Positions 18,801 through 28,172 of a DNA stretch of 49,188 nucleotides are shown piece by piece (within the stretch, counting starts at the first letter, position 1; each line of letters opens with the position of its first letter). A model generated the notes under the pieces. It was not told where the DNA came from. It saw only the letters and a list, made by a program, of their open reading frames with translations, and made no database searches. The stretch comes from a virus (lineage: Duplodnaviria; Caudoviricetes), in the IMG/VR virus record IMGVR_UViG_3300043478_000058, positions 1 to 49,188 of that record; one strand, 5' to 3'. Position numbers and translations under genes: made by a program.

Positions 18801-21800
18801 TGCAGAACATGATGCAATTGGTGGTGCCGCCATCACGCTATAATGAGGTCTCGAAGATTAACATGGAACGGTATGCAACCGAGCCAGAAGAGTTCCTTGC
18901 TGACTTTGCGGCATTGATTAGTGTTGGGTCGTTGAACGGGAAGATGAAAGGCGGGCTTGAGGACTTAATGCAGTTTGGCGATAGGGCGTCACAAAACTTC
19001 GGGCAAGCAGTGTATCGTGACCTTGCGAGCATGTGGGGAACGGTGCGCGATTGGATGCGCGTGAGTATGGGTTACAAACCCGACGCTCAAGCGAAGTCAA
19101 TCCTTCAGCGCGTCGATAATGTTTACAAGAACATTACCTCATTGCTACAAACCCATGAGCAGGCCGAGCGAACGTTCGCGACGTTTAATGCTTTCATGGA
19201 TAGAACGAGCACGGGGCCGCTTGAACCGCCTCCAGTTGTTAGCGCAACGCAAATGCACAAGCTGTTCAAAGAGCTTGACGATGTTAATGCCTATGCGTCA
19301 CACGCGACTGGTAAAAAGGTCGAGACAACGCAACAGGACATGAAGCTCTTTGACGAACTGCTTTCACATGTTCGTCCTCAAGAGGCTTCTGAGCGTGCAG
19401 CAGGAGAGCGCCTAACGTTCTGGAAAAGCTTCTTCAACCCGATGATTCAACTAGCGGAGTCGTTGAAGGAGAAGGTTCCTAGCGCGATTCCGATAACGAG
19501 CCTTGCGTTTGACTTTCGTGGTCAGGTGTCCGACACTCAAACAGCGGCATGGAGGATGTTTCAGTCCACTGAGGCATACAAAAAAGAGCACCCGATTGAG
19601 AGCAACCTGTCTGGTGGTATTGATTGGAAGCGACTCAAATGGATTAGCAAGGAGGGTTCGGCGCAGGAGCGCGCGTTGAACAAGATACAATTGTCGATCA
19701 ACGTTCGGCAGCAGGAAGAAGGCGTTAACACGCTTCCAACGAGAAAAGAAATGGAGGATTTGTCGTCAGAGTACAAGGGTCTTAACGACGTTGATAAAGA
19801 GCGAGTTGACCTTAGCATTGAGCAGTTCAACGCGATGAATCGTTTGTTGGCGAAACGGCAGTGGGATTCATTTCGTGACCGTGTCGTGACGAATATGGAA
19901 AAATCGTTAATGTCGCACAATAAAAACATGTTCGAGGAGCAGGCGTACGACCTAACGAAAAAGGCGGTTGACCTAATCTTTGATGAACCAGTCGGTGCTA
20001 CGTTCGATGAACAAATCGCTTTTGCGCAACAGCGTTTCAACTTCATGGAATCGCTACCGATGTCCGACGATGCGCGCAAGATGTTTTTGGATAGCATACG
20101 GAGTATGAAGGAACCGTGGCTGAAGCTTGGTGACCAATTACTTGGATCGGTTGGGCAGGACGGGTTGCGGCCTGGTAAAAACTACATGCCTGAGGTGAGG
20201 ACTCGCGAATGGCATGTTAGCTGGAAGATAGCACTGGAGGATAAACAGCATCACGAGGCGTATAATACTGAGGCCGAAGCGGTGGCGAAAAAGAAGGCGT
20301 TGGAAGGCAGACCAGATTTGGAATACGTCAAATCCTTCAATCGCTCTGACAGGACTGATAGGGTTCGTGGCGCGGTTCAAGAGCAGATTTCATCGGTGCA
20401 ACAAGAGGCGCTTGACGTGTTGAAGAAAACCGTGCTGGCTTCTATCTCACGTGAACACCCAGAAGCAGTGGAGATTGTCAAGAAAATAGAGGCGGAGTTG
20501 CAACCAGCAGCGGCGTTTGCCGAGCTTACCGTATCGCCTTACATGCGAAAGCGCGAGTTCATACCGGGGCGTGAAAACCTCAACATGGCAGAGGGGGTGC
20601 TTAGGTATGTCGATGCTACCGCGTACCAAATGGCCAAGCGGCACGTGAAGCAAAAAAGCATCGCAACGCTTTTTAACCCTGACATGCGGTCGAATCCGAA
20701 CGTCAGGAACGAATACGAAAAGTATATCGACTTTGTGACCAATGCTGAGGGTCCGGAGTTCGATATGTTGAAGAATCTGGTGTTTTTCAACTATATTGGG
20801 TTCAATCCAACAATGATCCCAATAGAGTTGACTCAACAGTTGGTGACACTGGTGCCATATATGGTCGAACATGGGTTCAGTCCGAGGAAGGTTTATAGGA
20901 CTTTACGGGAGGTTAACAGGGACTTGTTGTCGATCAATGTTAAGCATGAGGGGAAGTTGAAGGACGTTGGTGAACAAGCCGCGCTTGAGAGAGCTGAAAG
21001 TGGCAGGGTGATTGATACTGGTTTCACTGCTGATTTACACGGTGAAGCTGATCTGGACTTCGCGGCGGGACGAAGCAACACGCTGGGGAATGGCGCGATT
21101 GGTGAAGGCGTTGACTTATTGCGTAACTCGCTTTATCAGATGCTCGCGGTTAGCAGAAAGGCTTATGCGTGGGGGACAACGGCGAATGGGAGGGTGGCGT
21201 TGACCACAGCCTATCGCCTTTCCCGCGAGATTTCAAAAGCCACGACGGAAGAACTGAAGGATAAAGAGGCATACGCGTTTGCACGACAAGCAACACATGC
21301 GACAATGTTCGGAGGTGGCAGAGCTAATCGACCGTTGGTCTTGCAGCGTTTCGGTGAATTGAGCGGAGTTGGAGGAGTGATGTATACGCTTGGGTCGTAC
21401 ACGCTCAACACAATGGCGATGATGGCGAGGTTGACTCGAAAGGCGATTCAGGCTCAGTTGAAAAACCCTCAAGAGGTGGCGGCAGCGACAAAAGCGGCTG
21501 GCATAATGTGGGCAACGCAGTTCGCGCTAGGCGGTATCCTTGGATTGCCATTAATTGCGCCTGGGATAGCATTGTTGGAGCAAGTGTTCAAGGGCCTTGA
21601 TGCGCGTAAGGCTATGCGTGAAGGATTGGTGAACCTTGCCGGGGAAGATGAAGACATGGGTCACTATGTTGCTGACGGTGCCATGCGGGGAGTATTGAAT
21701 CTTTCCAGCGTGGACTTTGGTTCGCGCTTTCAGCTAGGGAGCCTTTTGGGCGTGTCACCTTACGATGGCTTTTCATGGCGGAATCTCATGGGACCGGCAG

Positions 21801-22525
21801 CGACAATGTTGGAGAACTATGGTAAGGGAATCAGTCAAGCGAGTGAAGGTCGTTGGGGTGACGCAGCGCGGCAAGCAGCGCCGACGAGCATTAAGAACAT
21901 TTTGAACCTTGTGCATGACGACTGGGCGATAAGGGACAGAGCAGGGCGTTTGATTAACGAACTTACACCTACCGAGAAAACCCTTGCGGCGATTGGTTTC
22001 AAGCCGAAGAAGCTAACACAGTACTACGAACAACAATCAATAATGGAGCGAAGCGAGCAGAGGAAGCAACGTGAAGTGAGGGACGTTCGCTCAGAGGTGG
22101 CAAAGCTTCTTGTGCAAGGGGATGTTGCTGGAGCACGAAGGCGTATCATTGAAGGTATGCAGGAGGTCGGGCCGTACGATCCGCTTGACATGGCACGCGA
22201 GGCTGCACAACTAGCACAAGAGATTACTACATCTACACCCATCCCACCTGGCTCTAAGGCAAACATGGCAGAACAAGCTGACATCGCAAGGCTCTATCCA
22301 CGTGGTACGACGCAGAGCGAGCAACAACGTGTGCTGAGACAGGCGTTTATACTCCGTGAGCTTGGTTTGTCTACTGGTCGCCCCGATATACGCTCCATCA
22401 GGACTGCGGGTCTTGTTGACCAATACCTGCGCCAAAACCCGCGTGCAAATATCGCTCAAGCTAGGGCGGCGGTTGAACGATTGACGAGTCCGGCGGTGAG
22501 AAGACGGGAGGCGTTGTTTCGATAG
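15827..22525 (+). CDS. Giant (2232 aa) ejected/polyvalent virion protein with a zincin-like metallopeptidase motif
   Basis: Motifs HSFP.NTLGWSR...VFHVVEVQSDWAQ and GHEAAHN...EEFLAD, a large helical C-terminal region, and position as the last gene of the virion operon. Confidence 0.75.
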   Translation: MPEEPFSLGQVQENPTRRLSSWLDTIFRPVGRPIGAILGGLARQATGIVAPQYSKLAEQRFQEAGEHLPRLAAEFAAVGAKRLPVKLAGLGDVLLRSSTAPGADIGTGLGETAAFAAAPLAGGLARRAIAPIAGAAESQFASPIGRLLARSAVQEPAGIAGSLLPFEAAGALEAYRRGQLKEHVEQLGSPEHIVSTLAGVLPFEAARIPAGVRAFTGALVNKTPITDSVDVHRVHWMAGEVPRFRDFGSEESAKDFSDEVRRTVGGEPKIEAAGSVPRQRVVYDMAFKPGQLRGGFGLNAVEMLNEPTTSALRLSPDKEGLFDTKNLVGRMRNVLHPTEFKSYEDAGLGEFLKEKKKVGAVEVQQWIEQNGPRVETRVGKTSGEKQRSTIQQLLDRANVAQHGVETLGYKIHEEEGPLNQGLVRDNVVLKAQGDQIYKYRLEGRAGPVLIGQEPLAEAHTSIQSWFDTQKEINRIGATQEPGTDVHWQSIAPTDVTGKSYVEIAVTRPIPGNIGNKGIVFPASHSFPPNTLGWSRGYMETLPDGKKVFHVVEVQSDWAQRQRELVEVSKETEALGNRRLAQEQRTKLSDPLLADWSRLVLKASIDHAIKEGADEIAISDAETAMMTEGHDLPSNQNVNEVFNSKSGAEERAKELGGMVVQEPGGFRVVALGQFPGMRLNYDQILPKIAEELTGVKGRRVVMGEHKNAFTEMEGEQEVEVDPDTGEQYPVGEGGVFNVDRWQGPRPDLIFKNPDGTPKTSITGLSFNLSKAKTELEKRGGWSVFARDKIVRDQVQRMDVEGYEPDEILRASENVKLLQPLKGEDALQTLARSVGIDPKVFARLGPGESLERAFDFFTSVYHHNFGETPERAAYLARQTMTPLARFAPFLKQTAFAVAPAQEGASHLFTVPRPLSETAQYLTTLADIPKAAKGTVSPETMVFEMARMAGHEAAHNMGTEVLSPTGSATPQQRQSWIKAMANVEAIPPQERAKVMQNMMQLVVPPSRYNEVSKINMERYATEPEEFLADFAALISVGSLNGKMKGGLEDLMQFGDRASQNFGQAVYRDLASMWGTVRDWMRVSMGYKPDAQAKSILQRVDNVYKNITSLLQTHEQAERTFATFNAFMDRTSTGPLEPPPVVSATQMHKLFKELDDVNAYASHATGKKVETTQQDMKLFDELLSHVRPQEASERAAGERLTFWKSFFNPMIQLAESLKEKVPSAIPITSLAFDFRGQVSDTQTAAWRMFQSTEAYKKEHPIESNLSGGIDWKRLKWISKEGSAQERALNKIQLSINVRQQEEGVNTLPTRKEMEDLSSEYKGLNDVDKERVDLSIEQFNAMNRLLAKRQWDSFRDRVVTNMEKSLMSHNKNMFEEQAYDLTKKAVDLIFDEPVGATFDEQIAFAQQRFNFMESLPMSDDARKMFLDSIRSMKEPWLKLGDQLLGSVGQDGLRPGKNYMPEVRTREWHVSWKIALEDKQHHEAYNTEAEAVAKKKALEGRPDLEYVKSFNRSDRTDRVRGAVQEQISSVQQEALDVLKKTVLASISREHPEAVEIVKKIEAELQPAAAFAELTVSPYMRKREFIPGRENLNMAEGVLRYVDATAYQMAKRHVKQKSIATLFNPDMRSNPNVRNEYEKYIDFVTNAEGPEFDMLKNLVFFNYIGFNPTMIPIELTQQLVTLVPYMVEHGFSPRKVYRTLREVNRDLLSINVKHEGKLKDVGEQAALERAESGRVIDTGFTADLHGEADLDFAAGRSNTLGNGAIGEGVDLLRNSLYQMLAVSRKAYAWGTTANGRVALTTAYRLSREISKATTEELKDKEAYAFARQATHATMFGGGRANRPLVLQRFGELSGVGGVMYTLGSYTLNTMAMMARLTRKAIQAQLKNPQEVAAATKAAGIMWATQFALGGILGLPLIAPGIALLEQVFKGLDARKAMREGLVNLAGEDEDMGHYVADGAMRGVLNLSSVDFGSRFQLGSLLGVSPYDGFSWRNLMGPAATMLENYGKGISQASEGRWGDAARQAAPTSIKNILNLVHDDWAIRDRAGRLINELTPTEKTLAAIGFKPKKLTQYYEQQSIMERSEQRKQREVRDVRSEVAKLLVQGDVAGARRRIIEGMQEVGPYDPLDMAREAAQLAQEITTSTPIPPGSKANMAEQADIARLYPRGTTQSEQQRVLRQAFILRELGLSTGRPDIRSIRTAGLVDQYLRQNPRANIAQARAAVERLTSPAVRRREALFR

Positions 22526-23735
22526 CATCGCGTTTTTTCTTATGTTCTTCATAACGGTCTGGTGAGAAAATAAGGATTTTTCCTTGTAACTCGGTAAGGA
22601 CGATTTGATCCGTCTTGCATAGGTGCTCGACCATGAGATCGAATTCTTTGCCAACGACTCGGCACTCGTTAAAAAACCTCGCGCGCATACGTTTTTCTAG
22701 GACGATGCCACCGAGGACGTTCAACATATCCATGAATTGGACGCTAACAGCGGCGAGTTCGTTGCGACCGACGCCGGCAGAGAATTCCTTTATGCGTGGT
22801 TCCAATAGATCAAGCATCGCAAAAGCTCGCTCGAAGTCTTCGACGTGGATAACCGTGCGCGGTTTGTAATCCTCCATCGCTAGGAGCATTGCGACTTTCA
22901 TAACCTGGACGTGCTTGGTGCTGTAGAATTGTTGTAGCACAGGGTCATCGGGCTTTTTGATCCTCGGGCTTTCTTTGCCCTCGTACCATGAGACCCACCA
23001 CTTGTCAGCCTCCGGTGTCATCGAGAAGTCGCCTTGGAAGGATTCGTCGTGGAGGATTTGTAGGTGTGCGATAGCGCGCTTTAATGCCTCTTCTCCACCT
23101 GGTGGCCGTTTCGGATGCGCAATCGGCGCTTTGCCTTTACCGACTACCATGATCATTCTTCGACCGAGGCCGCCTGTGAATATCTGTAATTTTAGCGTCC
23201 GCATGACCCACTCTGGAATAGCGCAGGAAACCATTGTAGTATAAGGAAATGGCACGTTGTCTTTACCGCTGTTCTTAAACGAGGTTGAGAAATGCTCGCC
23301 ATCGAACGTGTCAACCAAAAACGCTGTCATCTTTATCAAGTCGACCGAAAGAAGGTTTTCAAACTCGCTGACATAGAAACAGAACGGGTGATACTCGAAT
23401 ATCTCGCCAGAAGGATTGCGAAAGGTGCGTATGCCGTCGTCACTTCCCATAAACTTTGCGACATCCTCGCGTGATGTTACTGAGGCGCTCAGAGGGATGT
23501 TAGGGAAGTATTGCATCAAGATTTTCTTCGCTATCAGCATGGCAGTGGTCTTGCCACTACCAGCATCGCCAATGAGACAGACGTAGATGTTTGGGATGAC
23601 TGTGAAATAATCTCGATCGTATTTTACTTTGTGCGAGAGGACGGATGAGATGAGGGTTAAGCCGGACCAAACATGAAACGACTCCGGGCATTCGTTGCCG
23701 GAGTTGTAGAAGACGTAGTCTGACAGAAAGCCCAT
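22461..23735 (-). CDS. DUF3987/YfjI-like P-loop NTPase (probable replicative helicase)
   Basis: N-terminal NECPESFHVWSGLTLISSVL, Walker A GDAGSGKT, FYVSEFENLL and GGLGRRMIMV. Confidence 0.75.
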   Translation of the reverse strand: MGFLSDYVFYNSGNECPESFHVWSGLTLISSVLSHKVKYDRDYFTVIPNIYVCLIGDAGSGKTTAMLIAKKILMQYFPNIPLSASVTSREDVAKFMGSDDGIRTFRNPSGEIFEYHPFCFYVSEFENLLSVDLIKMTAFLVDTFDGEHFSTSFKNSGKDNVPFPYTTMVSCAIPEWVMRTLKLQIFTGGLGRRMIMVVGKGKAPIAHPKRPPGGEEALKRAIAHLQILHDESFQGDFSMTPEADKWWVSWYEGKESPRIKKPDDPVLQQFYSTKHVQVMKVAMLLAMEDYKPRTVIHVEDFERAFAMLDLLEPRIKEFSAGVGRNELAAVSVQFMDMLNVLGGIVLEKRMRARFFNECRVVGKEFDLMVEHLCKTDQIVLTELQGKILIFSPDRYEEHKKKRDAIETTPPVFSPPDSSIVQPPP

Positions 23736-23737
23736 TC

Positions 23738-24088
23738 TTAATCCTTCCACAAGTCCAACACCCGTAAAAACGCCTCGGCGCGTTGAGCGGCGGTGGCGTG
23801 GGCTACGATGAAATAATCACTGTTGATAGTTGCCTTGGTCCGTTTCATCTGAACTGTGTTCGCAAGTTCAGAAACGAATGTTTCAACCTGTTCTGTATTA
23901 AGCACCTTCTCCGCTTCGTGCATCGCGTTTAGGTCGTTGAGGTAGTTTGGTACGAAGCCAATTGGGGTTCCATCGGGGTGATGCCACATCGAAAATGGTC
24001 TGTCTGCACCAAATGGTGTAACCTTGCCAGTGCGGTAAGTCCACCCACACACCTCCGCAATCGCTATTCGTTGTGCTTCTGGAGTCAT
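23738..24088 (-). CDS. NinX/ABA-sandwich-like phage protein
   Basis: IAIAEVCGW...PNYLNDLNAMHEAEKVL...ATAAQRAEAFLR. Confidence 0.65.
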   Translation of the reverse strand: MTPEAQRIAIAEVCGWTYRTGKVTPFGADRPFSMWHHPDGTPIGFVPNYLNDLNAMHEAEKVLNTEQVETFVSELANTVQMKRTKATINSDYFIVAHATAAQRAEAFLRVLDLWKD

Positions 24089-24106
24089 ATTGATTAGGGA
24101 TTTAGC

Positions 24107-24388
24107 CTATGAATCCTCTAGCTTGTTTTCATTAGGCCGATAGTTGTCTATGAGAAGTCTAAGCGCCTCATAAGGAGGCATTTCTTCAGGGATGTAGATT
24201 GAATGTTCCACGTCACTAGCTCGTAGCTTCATTTCAACATAAACATAAACTTCTGTTTTAGTCTCTATTGAAAAAGGAATTGTTGTTGTTGTTGGTGTTG
24301 ATTCTTTATACACTCTTCTGTACCTCAACCTATCTGAAAAAACTTTCCATTCTCCGTCCATACAACCGCCAATAAACAGGGTTCTCAT
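24107..24388 (-). CDS. Hypothetical protein
   Basis: AT-rich ORF with an LFIGG.MDG N-terminal motif common in small phage proteins. Confidence 0.55.
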   Translation of the reverse strand: MRTLFIGGCMDGEWKVFSDRLRYRRVYKESTPTTTTIPFSIETKTEVYVYVEMKLRASDVEHSIYIPEEMPPYEALRLLIDNYRPNENKLEDS

Positions 24389-24398
24389 AGGTGGTTAT

Positions 24399-24575
24399 TC
24401 ATTGTTGTTGTAGTTCTGTGCATGGAATTTTGTCCAGTATAATAATCATTAAACCTCGAAGCATAGTCTTTTTCTCGACTGTGAGTTTCAAGTCACTAGG
24501 TTGGTATTCCAATTCAACGTCAAATTTAGCGCCAGGTCTTATTTCGTCTAATGTTATATCTATATGGATTTTCAT
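24399..24575 (-). CDS. Small hypothetical protein
   Basis: ATGA coupling to the polymerase stop; begins MKIHIDITLDEIRPG. Confidence 0.5.
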   Translation of the reverse strand: MKIHIDITLDEIRPGAKFDVELEYQPSDLKLTVEKKTMLRGLMIIILDKIPCTELQQQ

Positions 24576-27325
24576 ATTCGTCCCACTCGTTTTTCTTCGT
24601 CCCCCGCCTGTCCCCACGTTTCCCCATAACCTCCTTCAAACGGAATCACAATCCTCTGCCCCGCGATATAAAGAGGGTTGTCAAACCATTCGTTAATCTT
24701 GCCAACTGCCCAAGTGGTATCGGTTTTCTTGAACTGGCCGATGAGCGCATCGTGGACTTGATGGAGGGGTTCAATTCGGAGCGTAGCTGGTGCATTTCTT
24801 CCCCTATCATGTTGCACGCTTGCCAATCCCTCGCGAATATCGCGTTCTCGTACGCTTCCTCCAACTCGTGCATCTTGGCGATTTTCTGGGTCCGTCCAGA
24901 GTTTGTACATTGCGAAGTTTGTTGCATAAGTGGTGTTGGCTTGAGGTTCAAAGGCAACGGCTTTTGGCAAAATCTTGTCGTTATGGCCGAAGAAGTGACG
25001 CACTTGGCCGCTAGCCGCGATTAGCGTCGGCCGCTCAGAGATTTTGTTAGCTATCCAACGGTGCCATTTTTGAATACCAGGATAACGCTTGAAGAAGAAC
25101 TTGTCTCGCAGTAGCTTGCAATCGGATTCTTCGAGCACGAACTTGCCTTCGCTGTCGGATAGGATTTGATTGGAGACCTTGCGAGGTCCTTCGAGATAAG
25201 AACACCCATGCTGGACTCGCTTCATCCCGAAGTAGTCCCAGTCGTCGGCCTTAACTTTATAGCAGGCTTCTTTAAGTTCTTCTCGGCTAGAGAAATTGAC
25301 TGCGACTCCTCTGAGTGATAAGACGAGAATCTTAGCTGGCTTAAGCCCGAACCTGTAATCATCGAGCATAGTACTGTCTCCAAACATCGCACAATACGCT
25401 GCAACTGTCCAGCCGTCAGCACCAGCGAGGTCACATTGGAATATCCAGTGTTCTTCGTCGGCGAGAAACAAATCTCTATCCTGCTTAGGAATAGTTTGAA
25501 GATTGTATCCGGACCCCGTTGGGGAAGTGTAGCACGTGACCCTTCCTGTGTCAGACCCGACAATGTTATAGCCGCACCGCACGCGCCCATCTTGATCCGC
25601 ACTAATCGCCAACATCCCCTCGCGAGTAGACAAAGAACGGATTTCAATTGTGTGTCGGAGCATTGGGACGCAGTCGGGTCGAGTTTTTTCTGCGATTTTA
25701 ACGAGCTTGAGGAGGGCTTCGTAGTCAGTCGTGAGCGTTGGCGGGTCTTTTTTGTCATCGTATTGTGGTGGGAGTTGGAGTTCGTCATAAAGGAATGGCG
25801 GAAATTGGGTTTTGGAGTCGACGTTGAGGGAGATTTTGAGCAGGTCTTCGATTTCACCGAGGGTGGAGATGGTGGGGTTGGGATCGTGGAGGAGTGTCTG
25901 GAAGCGGCGCGCGTTTTCGACCTCGTTCTTGCGAATGTTGTTATCGGTTCCGACATCGTCAATCGTGGCCTTTTTGAAGTGAAAGACTTCTAGCGCACGT
26001 TCGTTCAACTCTGCGCGCGTCTTGAGAAAGCGACCGGATAGGCCATTCAACCGCGCTTGCTCAGCGTGCATTTCCACACGTACTGAATCACGACGATGTT
26101 TAGCGCCAGGTATATCGTATAATATACCACGCATTTCCATGTAAAGTAAGGGGTTAAGAAGATCGACATTAAGCTTGTAATGGGTACGGCTAGTACCGTG
26201 CACACGGCTCTCCAACACGTTGTTGATTTCATACGTTACTGCCGAGTCTTTGCAACAATACTCGAAGAAGGTTTTGTCGTCCTGGCTCTTCCTGTCGCCT
26301 TTGTAGTACGGCTCGTTGGTGCAGATCGAGGCTTGGACGGAGAGAGCTTTTTCAATTTCGCTGTACAACTCCCACCATTTGAGCATTGTGTCGTCGACCA
26401 CTCCTCTAACTCTAATGCCATACGAGTAATGCAACACAAACCGATCGTAGAGGGAGTTTTGTAGGATTTTTGGGACATCGGGGTTTTCCATTAGTGACGC
26501 GAAAGCGCGCCACACGCGGGATTCGTCGAACGCGTTAAACGGGGATGAGAAATCCTTGTGGAAAAAGGGGATGATAAAGGCGTTGTAACTAGTTGTCGCT
26601 ACTGAAACACACGACATTGTTCCTATGCCACCTTCAATATCAATTGCTATTGGTTCTCTAACTCGTTCTATTGCAGACATTCGGTTACATAATTGTTCTG
26701 GATTGTGGTCAAGAACAAAAATCCTGTCTGGGAGTGTAAGTTTTGGACTACTACCTTCTCTAACCGCCTTACGCAGGTCGAATTGCAGTAGTGGCGCGTC
26801 TTCGGGACAACGATTCGGTAGGCAATAAGCGGGGTGGATGGTAGCGAGGCATTTGTAACCAAGGTGGGATTGGAACAACGAGCCGCGCCACACGGTAGGC
26901 GGGTGAGGCCATTTGAACACGAACCTTCCTTTTTGCTTCGTTAAGCGGGGTTCGACGTTACCAACCTTTAGAAAATGTAGTGGCGTGCCACCGAGGCAGA
27001 CGACGACGTTCGGCTTGAACCTTTCAAGGTCCATTGACAATGCAGTCAACCCTTGTTGGATTTCTTCGCCAGTCCACTCAAACGACGCTATCTCATTGCC
27101 CTCGGGTTGAAACTGACAAACGTTACCAAGAAAGCACGCTTCGCGTTGTATGCCAGCACGTGATAGAAGCACGGATAAGAAGCGACCCGAAGCGCCTACG
27201 AACGGTTCGGGATGCGAAACGCCATTGACTTTGTGTTCAACCTCGCTTGTTCCTGGCGCTTCTCCGACCAGAGCGATGCGAAGGTGCGAGGGGTTTGTTG
27301 GAAAGCGGTTGGGAACCGTTGTCAT
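24572..27325 (-). CDS. polA: Family A DNA polymerase with N-terminal uracil-DNA glycosylase-like domain and 3'-5' exonuclease
   Basis: UDG motifs: VGEAPG, PFVGASG, TIHPAY. Exonuclease motifs: DIEG, QNSLYD, YCCKD. Polymerase motifs: TGR...NLQTIP, motif A CDLAGAD, motif B KRVQHGCSY, motif C QVHDAL. Confidence 0.92.
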   Translation of the reverse strand: MTTVPNRFPTNPSHLRIALVGEAPGTSEVEHKVNGVSHPEPFVGASGRFLSVLLSRAGIQREACFLGNVCQFQPEGNEIASFEWTGEEIQQGLTALSMDLERFKPNVVVCLGGTPLHFLKVGNVEPRLTKQKGRFVFKWPHPPTVWRGSLFQSHLGYKCLATIHPAYCLPNRCPEDAPLLQFDLRKAVREGSSPKLTLPDRIFVLDHNPEQLCNRMSAIERVREPIAIDIEGGIGTMSCVSVATTSYNAFIIPFFHKDFSSPFNAFDESRVWRAFASLMENPDVPKILQNSLYDRFVLHYSYGIRVRGVVDDTMLKWWELYSEIEKALSVQASICTNEPYYKGDRKSQDDKTFFEYCCKDSAVTYEINNVLESRVHGTSRTHYKLNVDLLNPLLYMEMRGILYDIPGAKHRRDSVRVEMHAEQARLNGLSGRFLKTRAELNERALEVFHFKKATIDDVGTDNNIRKNEVENARRFQTLLHDPNPTISTLGEIEDLLKISLNVDSKTQFPPFLYDELQLPPQYDDKKDPPTLTTDYEALLKLVKIAEKTRPDCVPMLRHTIEIRSLSTREGMLAISADQDGRVRCGYNIVGSDTGRVTCYTSPTGSGYNLQTIPKQDRDLFLADEEHWIFQCDLAGADGWTVAAYCAMFGDSTMLDDYRFGLKPAKILVLSLRGVAVNFSSREELKEACYKVKADDWDYFGMKRVQHGCSYLEGPRKVSNQILSDSEGKFVLEESDCKLLRDKFFFKRYPGIQKWHRWIANKISERPTLIAASGQVRHFFGHNDKILPKAVAFEPQANTTYATNFAMYKLWTDPENRQDARVGGSVRERDIREGLASVQHDRGRNAPATLRIEPLHQVHDALIGQFKKTDTTWAVGKINEWFDNPLYIAGQRIVIPFEGGYGETWGQAGDEEKRVGRI

Positions 27326-27504
27326 GCATTAGTGCGGTACTTTATATCACTTGGCTTTCTTGACCTTAAGAGACCATCAAGGTCCTCGATTAACCTTTTT
27401 GTTATTTCTTCTTCCAGAGGGTTTGGGTCAGAACCTATTGAATTAGCTATTCTGATCTCTGTATACTTGTCTGTGGCTTCGACGATTATGTTTATGATTG
27501 TCAT
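27322..27504 (-). CDS. Hypothetical protein
   Basis: 60-aa ORF coupled (ATGA) to the polymerase start. Confidence 0.5.
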   Translation of the reverse strand: MTIINIIVEATDKYTEIRIANSIGSDPNPLEEEITKRLIEDLDGLLRSRKPSDIKYRTNA

Positions 27505-27505
27505 G

Positions 27506-27796
27506 TCACTTCGTCCTTGCTTCTAGCATTGCGTCGGCAACACGATATGCGCTTTCGACCAAAGATAAAACATGATTGTCGGTTCCATTAGCCACGCATA
27601 TTTGGTTTTGTTCGTGAACCATCATTCCTGCAAGTGCCTTCGCGGCGAAGTAGTCACGAAGTGCCATGCCAGTAGTTCCGAACTTTCGTTTCACCATTGT
27701 ACCTTTTAACTCTTCCGTTTCCTCTGTCCATTCACAAGGAAAAGCCGGTTCGTTTATATCTATATCGTTATCTTCTGTTTCATGTCCAGATTCCAT
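27506..27796 (-). CDS. Conserved small phage protein (LRDYFAAKA family)
   Basis: PAFP...GMALRDYFAAKALAGM...AYRVADAMLEAR. Confidence 0.75.
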   Translation of the reverse strand: MESGHETEDNDIDINEPAFPCEWTEETEELKGTMVKRKFGTTGMALRDYFAAKALAGMMVHEQNQICVANGTDNHVLSLVESAYRVADAMLEARTK

Positions 27797-28172
27797 CTTT
27801 GTGCTCCTTCTTTAATGCGTTGATGTTGTTGTGGATGTAGTTTTCGAGATAAGCATCGGTAATGGGTCGCTTCGACCAAAGCCAGCAAAGGTAGTTGGCT
27901 GGTACGTCTTGCATTTTTTGCCCTTTGTACTTACCAAATGGCATCGGGTCGTTTTCGGTATAGCATGGAGTCTTGTTCTTCTGTCCAGCTTGTTTTGGTT
28001 TCTGTTTGACCTCGACTTCTTGCAAATCTTTGTTCTTCTGTTTTTCGAGACACGCTGCGCACGTTACATGTTCCCATTCGTTTGCCCAAAGATGGTCTTC
28101 TGGCCACGTCGAAGGCAAACCTTCAAAGCCGCACGAAGCGTAGCCAGCAGTCATATAGTGGATGGTTTTCAT
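27780..28172 (-). CDS. Protein with DUF3820 / exonuclease X C-terminal-like domain
   Basis: MPFGKYKGQKMQDVPANYLCWL, plus an N-terminal H..C...CxxC. Confidence 0.65.
   Translation of the reverse strand: MKTIHYMTAGYASCGFEGLPSTWPEDHLWANEWEHVTCAACLEKQKNKDLQEVEVKQKPKQAGQKNKTPCYTENDPMPFGKYKGQKMQDVPANYLCWLWSKRPITDAYLENYIHNNINALKKEHKDGIWT

Noticed and set aside
22461-22525. 65-nt convergent overlap of the giant gene and the NTPase with no terminator
   Set aside because: Short tail-to-tail overlaps are common in compact phage genomes.
25222-26478. Long alternative-frame ORFs inside the polymerase, or a possible intron or intein
   Set aside because: The polymerase frame is continuous with all motifs in order, and no intein or homing-endonuclease signature was seen.
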